Below are positions 44,541-51,596 of a DNA stretch of 51,596 bases, piece after piece. Under the pieces are notes generated by a model, which worked only from the letters and a program-made list of their open reading frames with translations, was not told where the DNA came from and did not search any database. A program made the position numbers and the translations under genes. The DNA is taken from positions 1-51,596 of the forward strand of contig JBAZLT010000001.1 in NCBI GenBank assembly GCA_041650115.1, in the 5' to 3' direction. How positions within the stretch are numbered: the stretch's first letter is position 1; each line of letters starts with the position of its first letter. Source of the DNA: Dehalococcoidia bacterium. Its GTDB lineage: Bacteria > Chloroflexota > Dehalococcoidia > GIF9 > UBA5629.

Positions 44541-45533
44541 TCATTTTGTTAGCTTAAATGTTTGAAGTATTTTTGAGAACTGAACTTCGTCGCAGGTATC
44601 CATATTTACAGAGTTTAGCATTACCACTATGTATTTGCCATTCTTTTGAATACCTGAAGCAAGCGAATCTTCCATATGACCATCTTTCGCCTTGAATTCC
44701 AGGACGGCTTGAGTGGCCATTGTTCCATCTTCAAGCTTTACTTCTTTTTCCGATGCTATCTTAATATTAGTAATAGATTCGCCCAAAATTGCATTGATTG
44801 CGGTACTAATAGAATCCTCGTCACGTACCGATATGATTATAGTCTTACTCTTTGCCGGTGATGTAGCAACAAAGACATTCTTGTCCGAGGGAGATTTCAC
44901 TATCCATGATTTAGGATAATTAATACTGAACCCATACTCAGTATTATTATATGCATCAGTTAACAACAAATCTTCACACTCAGGCAACAAATCAGAAGTA
45001 CGAAGACGACTAACTGGAGTGAGAGACGCCTGTCTCTGGATTTTTATCAAGTCCAGGAACTTGTCATCGCTGGTCAGCAAATGGCGGATAAGCAATAGTC
45101 CTTTGTTAGCGGGTGACATCACTACCTGAACATTTTCCGCATCTGGAATAGCCGTAGCTTGAGTGCCAGCTTTGGTTATCAGAATCTTCACTGGATTGGA
45201 CTTCACCTGGCTATCATTAATAACAAAAAAATTCCTGGTGTTTTCCTGGTACAGAGCCATTGACCAATAACTGTCTGACGGAACCACCGCTGAAAACAGG
45301 ACCGGTTCTTGACTAACATCGTATGTGGCCAGGGAGTAAACGAGGTCAGCGCTGGGCATGACTACAGTCCTGACCTCAGGAGTAGTTTTGGTAGCTCTCA
45401 TTAATACGTTGGGAGGAACCTTGTTCATCACAATATTCATAATAATTATGGGAATGATTATTGGAGTAATTAAATGGGCCACAATTGCCACGATGACTGT
45501 CCCAATGCCAGTCCATATAATCCACCTTTTCAT
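44541..45533 (-). CDS. DUF1254-domain membrane-anchored protein with a PsbP/DUF1795-like C-terminal part
   Basis: 330 aa with an N-terminal TM helix. The DUF1254-like region is PSADLVYSLATYDV...VVPSDSYWSMALY. The C-terminal part contains GFSINYPKSW. It overlaps the upstream gene by 4 nt. Confidence 0.6.
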   Translation of the reverse strand: MKRWIIWTGIGTVIVAIVAHLITPIIIPIIIMNIVMNKVPPNVLMRATKTTPEVRTVVMPSADLVYSLATYDVSQEPVLFSAVVPSDSYWSMALYQENTRNFFVINDSQVKSNPVKILITKAGTQATAIPDAENVQVVMSPANKGLLLIRHLLTSDDKFLDLIKIQRQASLTPVSRLRTSDLLPECEDLLLTDAYNNTEYGFSINYPKSWIVKSPSDKNVFVATSPAKSKTIIISVRDEDSISTAINAILGESITNIKIASEKEVKLEDGTMATQAVLEFKAKDGHMEDSLASGIQKNGKYIVVMLNSVNMDTCDEVQFSKILQTFKLTK

Positions 45534-46117
45534 TTACCTGCCTCCTCTATCACATGTGGTAAATCAACAGTTGCCGGATTATTGCGTACAGAATCCCCGG
45601 GATTATATAACCTGAGAGCAAGTGAAAAAGATTTTTGATCACCTAATGGAATCCAATCACCAGGTTTCTGATTTTTTGATAAATAAATAGTATATTTACC
45701 ATCCTGGTCATACGTTACACTGTTGCCGCTGTAAGAATAACAATTCATTTCGTTTGGAATAAGGAAATCATCCTCACCATAAACTGTTATAGACCACCAG
45801 CGAGCATCCGGCACATTCCCTTCAATACGATAAACATTATCGCCATTTAATCTCTCACCGCTGTCATCAGTGTAGGCAAAATAATATATAGATTCAGATT
45901 GGTTTAGGCCGAGCAGAGCATGAATAGCAAACCATGCGCGATTATACATATCGTGCTGCTCGCTCCCTGTGGCTAAATTCGTTCGCCATGGGCCGTTGAT
46001 GACACTGCTGGAAACGGCACTCCGCTCTATGGCCAATACTGCGGAACCAATGCCTATAACACCGCCCAGCAGTAAAGCAACCACAATTCCCAATAGTATT
46101 TTGACTGATTTCTTCAT
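45530..46117 (-). CDS. DUF1214-domain protein with an N-terminal TM helix or signal peptide
   Basis: 195 aa. It has GPWRTN...YNRAWFAIHALLGLNQSESIYYFAYTDDSGERLNGDNVYRIEG..PDARWWSITVY, the typical DUF1214 pattern. DUF1214 and DUF1254 proteins are commonly paired. Confidence 0.65.
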   Translation of the reverse strand: MKKSVKILLGIVVALLLGGVIGIGSAVLAIERSAVSSSVINGPWRTNLATGSEQHDMYNRAWFAIHALLGLNQSESIYYFAYTDDSGERLNGDNVYRIEGNVPDARWWSITVYGEDDFLIPNEMNCYSYSGNSVTYDQDGKYTIYLSKNQKPGDWIPLGDQKSFSLALRLYNPGDSVRNNPATVDLPHVIEEAGK

Positions 46118-46127
46118 ACATACCTCC

Positions 46128-47141
46128 CTACATACTCAAATTACTATTGATCACAAACATACACGGAAGCAATAGTTTATAGTAATTATCTGAAATTGAT
46201 GGAATAAGATTGACAAAAGTCTCATTCAACTTGGGCAATGCACGTTGTAACATCCTATAAAATGCACGGTAGTTTGGTGAAGCATCCATAAGAACCTGAG
46301 CCTTTAATAGATGTTCCTGCAATTTTGGATGCCCTATATCCCAGGTCAATGACTGACGGTATCGACGTTTACATCTACCCGTCGCGTCTTTTGGTGTCCT
46401 TGTCCTGAGTTCTTCTAAGATTCCCTGAGCCAATCTGGAGTAAACAATATCATTGATCATGGTACCGATTATACTTGGTCGTTTAACCGTACCAGGATCA
46501 TAAGCCCATCCCTTTAGTTTGAACATAGACTTGTAAAAACTATCAGGGAAACGCTTAGCCCAAGCAGCAGCGTATGGTAATAAATATGCATCAAGTATCT
46601 TTTGCAGAGCAGCCCTGTTAAGGTATTCTTGATAACCTGTAACCTCATCAACTAGTGCTATTATGCCGACCTTCGCAAACCCGCGTTGCAGAATTTCAGC
46701 TTCCTCTGCAATTAGGATAGCTCGTTTTACTTTCAAAAGTCCCTTTGAACGAGCTTCAAGTAGAAAATCACAGATGTCAGCAAGAATTGTGGCCTGATAA
46801 CCGGTAGCCAATCTTCCACCACGTCCTTGCCTTATAAATCGAATGGGGCTGGCTAAAGCTTCCAGCAAGTCGCTACGGGCTAGTTCTTTTGCTCTCGGTA
46901 TACTCAACAGATTGGTGAGCACACTCTTAAGTATGCCTCCACTTTTTTGCCCCGGGGCAAAAGCCTGTTGCAAACCACGTCCTGATAGGATGCGTGTTCC
47001 ATTACTGAGTACATAAGCTGGGATCTCAGCATTGCCGATCTTCAGTGGCTTATTCGGGGAGCCATGGGTAGCTCTCAGGGGTTTCACGGTATCGGATATC
47101 TTGTTTGATGATTTAGTATTAGCTACATTTCCCACGGTCAT
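46128..47141 (-). CDS. P63C-domain protein (phage-associated)
   Basis: 337 aa. It has ALVDEVTGYQEY...WAKRFPDSFYKSMFKLKGW...KRPSIIGTMINDIVYSRL...HPKLQEHL, matching my recollection of the P63C family. Confidence 0.6.
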   Translation of the reverse strand: MTVGNVANTKSSNKISDTVKPLRATHGSPNKPLKIGNAEIPAYVLSNGTRILSGRGLQQAFAPGQKSGGILKSVLTNLLSIPRAKELARSDLLEALASPIRFIRQGRGGRLATGYQATILADICDFLLEARSKGLLKVKRAILIAEEAEILQRGFAKVGIIALVDEVTGYQEYLNRAALQKILDAYLLPYAAAWAKRFPDSFYKSMFKLKGWAYDPGTVKRPSIIGTMINDIVYSRLAQGILEELRTRTPKDATGRCKRRYRQSLTWDIGHPKLQEHLLKAQVLMDASPNYRAFYRMLQRALPKLNETFVNLIPSISDNYYKLLLPCMFVINSNLSM

Positions 47142-47164
47142 ATTTATCCTCGCTTTAGATAACT

Positions 47165-47821
47165 CCTAATGCGCGGGCATCAGTCAAATCATATATACAA
47201 TTGTTATCACGACTATTAAACCTATGGCAGAATTCACTGATATATTTGTCGAGATATCTGAGGATTACCTTGTGATATTGTCCTGCGATACCTCTACAGA
47301 CTTCACTTTAATTCTGCCGTTACGCTCTATCATCCCGACCACTGGAACCTTTTAGGTGCCATGGCCACGCTTTAATAGTTCGCCGCTACTTCCTTCACGC
47401 GATTTCCTCCGATATATGTATCGGCTATTTCGATGATACCCTGTAGCAATTCGCGTTGTTTGGTTTCTACCATTGCTTTCCGGATTCGCATTTCAAGTGA
47501 CCAAGCCGTGTTTTTATTGACTTGTAAATATCTGGCTAACTGCCGGGCTGCGATGCCCTTCTTGGCATTAAGGACAAGAGAAACCGCAAGCATCCATTTT
47601 TGTAATGGCAAGTGAGTGTTATGAAATATAGTACCAACCGTCACACTAAAAGAAGTATTGCAATTGTTACAATGATGGCGGTTTTCTTTAGGTAATGGTG
47701 TGGTTTTATTGGAATTGCAGTAAGAACATACAGGCTTACCATCCGGCCAGCGCACTTTTTCTAAGTAGGATAAACAATCTTGCTCAGTGGGAAATTGCTT
47801 GTAAATCGATACTATATCCAT
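47165..47821 (-). pseudogene. IS1595-family transposase, frameshifted and 3'-truncated
   Basis: The N-terminal zinc-ribbon/HTH part is intact (47372..47821: FPTEQDCLSYLEKVRWPDGKPVCSYCNS...GTIFHNTHLPLQKW...IADTYIGG). The DDE-domain beginning continues in another frame with stops (KRGHGT*KVPVVGMIERNGRIKVKSVEV...). It ends at the P63C gene. Confidence 0.75.
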
Positions 47822-47891
47822 TTTGTTATCCACTACCACAATGTGGTACAAGATAACAGATTAAAAAGGGTTTGTCAACTACCTTAAACTA

Positions 47892-48026
47892 GTACATTCC
47901 ATTAATCTTAAACAGGCCGGGGAGCTTATTGAGTATTGGCGAACGGACTAAAGCGAAGTCAGGCCATACAGTTCATTGAATAAAAAAACGCCAATGGAGT
48001 ATGCTTATACAACGGCTGTATTCTAA
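47892..48026 (+). pseudogene. C-terminal remnant of an IS3-family (rve integrase-core) transposase
   Basis: Translation: VHSINLKQAGELIEYWRTD*SEVRPYSSLNKKTPMEYAYTTAVF*. It matches the conserved IS3 OrfB tail (..IE.W...YN..RPHSSL...TP.EY) and has an in-frame stop at 47949-47951. Confidence 0.7.
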
Positions 48027-48088
48027 GATGTGGTGTTGCTAAACGCGGGGTAAGGTCACAACCACTGAAGGCCATGCCGCTGCCGCTC

Positions 48089-48160
48089 GAAAACCGTGTC
48101 CACACCTTCGACCTGCTTGAGATATCTGGCTACAAGATGCCCGCCGTAGATCTTACCCAT
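48089..48160 (-). pseudogene. 5' fragment (24 codons) of a paralogue of the ThDP enzyme gene
   Basis: It translates to MGKIYGGHLVARYLKQVEGVDTVF, identical to the first 24 residues of 42458..44125, and then diverges. The upstream RBS region 48161-48195 also resembles 44126-44160. Confidence 0.75.
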
Positions 48161-48199
48161 GACACATACCTCCTCGCGCTTATGGATGTATTTTATCAT

Positions 48200-48340
48200 G
48201 TCATTGCGAGGAGCATAGTGACGAAGCAATCTTGTACGTGATTACACAACAGCAGATTGCCGCGCCCTACGGGCTCGCAATGACGAAAAAAAGCCACGTC
48301 ATTGCGAGGAGCATTGCGACGAAGCAATCTTGTGCGTGAT
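48200..48340. repeat. Intergenic repeat locus E of the GTCATTGCGAG family
   Basis: Type-1 unit at 48200-48242 (+), type-2 unit at 48250-48284 (-), type-1 unit at 48298-48340 (+). Confidence 0.9.
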
Positions 48341-48350
48341 GACTGTTTAC

Positions 48351-49433
48351 TCAGCCGTGCGGGTAATAGCTCAACGCCGTCTCGAACATAGCATAAATGT
48401 TCTCGGGAGGGGTCCCGGCCTGCACACAATGTGAGGGCCCGAGAATATATCCGCCGCCTTTACCCAGTATATCTATGAGTTTTTTCGTCTCTTCTGCCAC
48501 CTCTTCAGCAGTGCCGAAAGGCAGGAGTTTCTGAACGCTTACACCACCTGCATAACACAGCCGGTCGCCGGTCTGCTGTTTGAGCAGGGCGGGGTCCATC
48601 CCCCTGGCGTCCAACTGCAGCGCCTGCAGCACGTCTATGCCCATGTCGATCAGCCCTTCAAGCGCAGTCATGATAGCGCCGTCGGTGTGGTAGATGACCC
48701 TGGCGCCCATATTGTGGACCATGCTGTCAAAACGGGTATGATATGGCTTGATGAACTCCTCCCACATGGGCAGCGACATGAGCAGTCCAGTCTGCTGTCC
48801 GATGTCGTCTGCCGTGAAAACGAGGTCGATCATTCCGTCCGCTGCCTTGAGCAGACAGCTGAAGCTCTCCACGAAGAAATCGGTCACACGCCGCATAAGG
48901 CCGTGCACCAGGTCGGGCTTGGTGACCATATCCACGAAAAACTGCTCGAATCCTCTCAAGAACCAGGACGTTTCGAACGGGTTGGCGATCCCGGCAATAA
49001 TGCAGTATTCCTGATCCCCGTTGAGCCCTTTGATCACATCTTTAGTGATGTCGTACTGGAACCAGTCCGCACTGGGCCAACGGTAGCGATTCAGCTCCGC
49101 CACGGTCTGGATATCCTTGAGCGGATGATGATAGATCTCATCGTAGCTGCCCTCGCCGTAGCTCACCGGCTTCCTCCTGACTCCCCAGAAATCCTCGCCG
49201 GTTTCCAGCCCCGGCCCATTGTAAAAATAAGTGAGCGCCCGCGTGTCCACTATGTCCACTATATAGCTGATGGCGTCTATATTGTGATATTTGACCAGGT
49301 AGTTGTTGAAGTCCTCGCCGGCAGGGGGATTCAGGGTACCGCAGATATCAGTGATGGGTATCCTGTCCGTTGTGCGGTGCGACAATGCCAGTAAAACACG
49401 TTCACGCCTGGACAGCTGCTCTTTTATTCTCAT
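48351..49433 (-). CDS. Uroporphyrinogen-decarboxylase (URO-D) family protein (MtaA/CmuA-like methyltransferase type)
   Basis: 360 aa. Features are an N-terminal RIPI segment, the central FTADDIGQQ segment, and the C-terminal GGGYILGPSH typical of URO-D-like proteins. Confidence 0.75.
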   Translation of the reverse strand: MRIKEQLSRRERVLLALSHRTTDRIPITDICGTLNPPAGEDFNNYLVKYHNIDAISYIVDIVDTRALTYFYNGPGLETGEDFWGVRRKPVSYGEGSYDEIYHHPLKDIQTVAELNRYRWPSADWFQYDITKDVIKGLNGDQEYCIIAGIANPFETSWFLRGFEQFFVDMVTKPDLVHGLMRRVTDFFVESFSCLLKAADGMIDLVFTADDIGQQTGLLMSLPMWEEFIKPYHTRFDSMVHNMGARVIYHTDGAIMTALEGLIDMGIDVLQALQLDARGMDPALLKQQTGDRLCYAGGVSVQKLLPFGTAEEVAEETKKLIDILGKGGGYILGPSHCVQAGTPPENIYAMFETALSYYPHG

Positions 49434-49457
49434 GAGTATAACGGTTTATTTTAACAT

Positions 49458-49614
49458 GTCATTGCGAGGAGCATAGCGACGAAGCAATCTTGTGCGTGAT
49501 TGCGCGGACACCGGATTGCCGCGCCCTGCGGGCTCGCAATGACGTGAGGAAAAGGCTCGCAATGACGTAGGGAAAACGGCTCGCAATGACGTGAGGAAAA
49601 CGGCTCGCAATGAC
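49458..49614. repeat. Intergenic repeat locus F of the GTCATTGCGAG family
   Basis: Type-1 unit at 49458-49500 (+) and type-2 unit at 49509-49543 (-). Three GGCTCGCAATGAC half-sites follow at 49554, 49578 and 49602, with 23-24-bp periodicity. Confidence 0.9.
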
Positions 49615-49617
49615 GAT

Positions 49618-50511
49618 CTATTTTTTACCCAGGAAATCGGGCTTGAGGAAGGCCGGATCGCTCCAGTCGTAAAACCCTTTGCCCGTCTTCATGCCCAGCA
49701 GTCCTTTGTCGATCATGTCCGTCAACGCCTGCGGCGGCTGGTCCTGCGGATCGCGGCTCTCCTTGTAGTACGCCATCTCGATGTCGCGCACCACGTCCAG
49801 CCCTATCACGTCCATCATGGCGAAGGGCCCCAGCTCGACTTTGAACTGCAGCATCCATGAGCGGTCGATATCCATCGGATCGCCGTACCCTTCCGCCCAC
49901 AGCTTGAGCGATTCGCGCTTGACCATCCTCCAGAGACGGTTGCCCAGGTAGCCCATGATGGGCTTTTTGACAACTACAGGGACGCAGCCGATGCTCTCCA
50001 CCCAGGCTTTTACGGACTCAATGTTTTCAGCAGCGGTAGTTGTGCCGGGCATGATGTCCACCAGCGGCAGGTCGATCATGGGCGAGTCGAAATGAATGTT
50101 GAGCACCCTTTCTTTGCGGGACACGGCGTCCTCCAATTTCACCACCGGTATGGAGGAGCTGTTGGAGGCTATCAGCGCCCCGGCCGGCGCAGCCGATTCC
50201 ACCTGTTTGAATATCTTACTCTTGAGCTCGAGGTTCTCACTGACCGCTTCGATGGCCAGGTCGGCGTCCGCCACCGCCTCGGCCAGCGAAGCACAATATT
50301 TAATCTTGCCCTGGGCGGCATCCAGCCTCTCCGCCTGCGCGGACATGCCCTTGAGACCGAAGATGCCCTTGAGGTCCCCGATGCTTTTGGCGGCGGAATC
50401 CGGATTGACGTCGTAAACTTTCACGCGGTTGCCGGCCAGTGCGGCCACCGCCGAGATCTGCACGCCCATGAAGCCCGCGCCGATAACGGCGACATTATTT
50501 ATCTTGAACAT
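49618..50511 (-). CDS. 3-hydroxyacyl-CoA (3-hydroxybutyryl-CoA) dehydrogenase family protein
   Basis: 297 aa. The N-terminal NAD motif is VAVIGAGFMGVQIS. The central SNSSS motif and a C-terminal dimerisation domain are present. Confidence 0.85.
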   Translation of the reverse strand: MFKINNVAVIGAGFMGVQISAVAALAGNRVKVYDVNPDSAAKSIGDLKGIFGLKGMSAQAERLDAAQGKIKYCASLAEAVADADLAIEAVSENLELKSKIFKQVESAAPAGALIASNSSSIPVVKLEDAVSRKERVLNIHFDSPMIDLPLVDIMPGTTTAAENIESVKAWVESIGCVPVVVKKPIMGYLGNRLWRMVKRESLKLWAEGYGDPMDIDRSWMLQFKVELGPFAMMDVIGLDVVRDIEMAYYKESRDPQDQPPQALTDMIDKGLLGMKTGKGFYDWSDPAFLKPDFLGKK

Positions 50512-50556
50512 TATGCCCTCCCCTTGTAACTGAGTGTGACGCCGTTGAGACGGCGC

Positions 50557-51429
50557 CTATTTGCGGCGCAGGCCGAGTATCTCGCGCGCTTCCGCAGGCG
50601 TGGCCACCGGCCTCTCAAGGATGGCGGCAAGCTCCTGCACCCATTTGGCCTGCTCCCAGCTGCCTTTGGCCAGCTCGCCGCCCGGCACCCTGGTGTTGTC
50701 CTCGAGGCCGATCCTGACGTGCCCGCCGGTGAGGATGCTCATGACCGCGGCCGGCACCTGGTTGGGACCGACGCCGCAGACGCCGAAGGTCGAACCTTCG
50801 GGCAGCAGGTCCAGCATGGTCAGGTGAAGCACGGGATTGAAGGCGATGCCGCCGAAGGCGCCGTACACGAACTGGAAGTTGAGCGGCAGGGCGAAAAGGT
50901 CCTTCTGCTTGCTCAGCAGCTGTATGTTGTAGATGCCCGCCGGGTCGTATACCTCGAACTCAGGCTTGACCGCGTGCTGCTTCATCACTTTAGCGAAATC
51001 GGCGATCATGCCCAGCTTGTTCTCGAAGGTGTACTCGAAGAAGACCTCGCCGGTCTTATGGTCGGCTATGCCGTCGTTCATGGTCGCGCTGTTCATACTG
51101 CCGATGTCGGGCTCGAACTGGATAATGGGGGCTATGCGTTGCTCGGGCGTAAGCCCGACGGTGATGGCCGTGCTGAGGTTGATGATCATATCGGGACAGC
51201 GCTTGCGGACGGCCTCGACGGTGGCCCCGATAATACCGAGGTCGGCGGTGGCAAACTCCGTCTTGGGGTCGCGGGCATGTATGTGGACGATGCTCACGCC
51301 GTACTGCATGCACTTCTCGCATTCGTCCGCGAACTCCTGCGGGCTGTAGGGCACGTTGGGATTGTTCGATTTGAAGGTGGCGCCGCCCGACAGGGCGGCG
51401 GTGATGATCAACTTATCTCCCTTCGCCAC
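50557..51429 (-). CDS. 3-keto-5-aminohexanoate cleavage enzyme family (BKACE/DUF849) protein
   Basis: 290 aa. It has LIITAALSGG, VHIHARD, and a TIM-barrel-like pattern typical of BKACE. Confidence 0.8.
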   Translation of the reverse strand: MAKGDKLIITAALSGGATFKSNNPNVPYSPQEFADECEKCMQYGVSIVHIHARDPKTEFATADLGIIGATVEAVRKRCPDMIINLSTAITVGLTPEQRIAPIIQFEPDIGSMNSATMNDGIADHKTGEVFFEYTFENKLGMIADFAKVMKQHAVKPEFEVYDPAGIYNIQLLSKQKDLFALPLNFQFVYGAFGGIAFNPVLHLTMLDLLPEGSTFGVCGVGPNQVPAAVMSILTGGHVRIGLEDNTRVPGGELAKGSWEQAKWVQELAAILERPVATPAEAREILGLRRK

Positions 51430-51460
51430 TTGGGCCTCCTTTCACTTATTTTTGTCGGGG

Positions 51461-51596
51461 TCAATAGGTACCCGAGAGGAACTTGGCCAGGTTCCATTTC
51501 CACCTGGTGTAGGGCGGGTTGATGGCCTGGCTGACCAGCTCGGTCCAGGTGCCCTGGCGGATCACGCTCTTGCGGTGGCTGAAGGCTTCGAAGCTC
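51461..51596 (-). CDS. 3' end of an unidentified gene (N-terminus off the window end)
   Basis: My own translation of 45 codons with GC3-rich backbone-like usage: ..SFEAFSHRKSVIRQGTWTELVSQAINPPYTRWKWNLAKFLSGTY*. The stop TGA is at 51461-51463. Confidence 0.4.
   Translation of the reverse strand, partial: SFEAFSHRKSVIRQGTWTELVSQAINPPYTRWKWNLAKFLSGTY

Larger units (their letters stand above)
44466..48060. mobile_element. Low-G+C island 2: a decayed mobile-element insertion
   Basis: It is AT-rich relative to the flanks. It contains phage-type P63C, IS1595 and IS3 transposase debris. It is bounded by truncated copies of backbone genes. Confidence 0.65.

Noticed and set aside
47372-47851. Intact small transposase or regulator gene (159-aa ORF)
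   Set aside because: It is only the N-terminal zinc-ribbon/HTH part of an IS1595-type transposase. The DDE region continues downstream in another frame with stop codons, so it is treated as a pseudogene.

Overview
This is a 51.6-kb bacterial window with a high-G+C backbone (roughly 60% by eye), and most genes lie on the minus strand. The backbone encodes:
- an anaerobe-type oxidative-stress operon (rubrerythrin-like protein, flavin-reductase-rubredoxin fusion, flavodiiron protein, superoxide reductase, CopA);
- a sugar-utilisation cluster (GPH symporter, fucose/arabinose-isomerase-like protein, membrane-anchored GH1 beta-glucosidase, FGGY kinase);
- an acyl-CoA cluster (two 2-hydroxyacyl-CoA-dehydratase-type subunits, Zn-ADH, ThDP enzyme, URO-D-like protein, 3-hydroxyacyl-CoA dehydrogenase, BKACE).

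Two visibly lower-G+C insertions interrupt this backbone.

Island 1 (~24.4-38.1 kb) is a defence island and holds the most interesting content. It carries a tightly packed minus-strand operon:
- a small BamHI/BglII-like nuclease;
- a 1065-aa protein with no recognisable domain;
- a ~1836-aa SF2 helicase ending in a DUF1998 zinc module;
- a Cas4/AddB-type Fe-S nuclease.

This operon resembles Druantia type III and DISARM class 2 but fits neither cleanly. It diverges from a plus-strand C5-methyltransferase, Eco47II/TdeIII-like endonuclease and Mig-like HhH-GPD glycosylase module.

Island 2 (~44.5-48.1 kb) is a decayed mobile element. It holds a DUF1254/DUF1214 pair, a P63C protein, a frameshifted IS1595 transposase and an IS3 remnant. 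It is flanked by truncated copies of the neighbouring backbone genes.

A modular repeat family with the core GTCATTGCGAG occupies six intergenic loci (about 23 core copies). It includes 53-bp and 23-24-bp periodic arrays.

I found no rRNA gene, tRNA gene or CRISPR array by eye. All family assignments come from motifs read in the translations, not from database searches.
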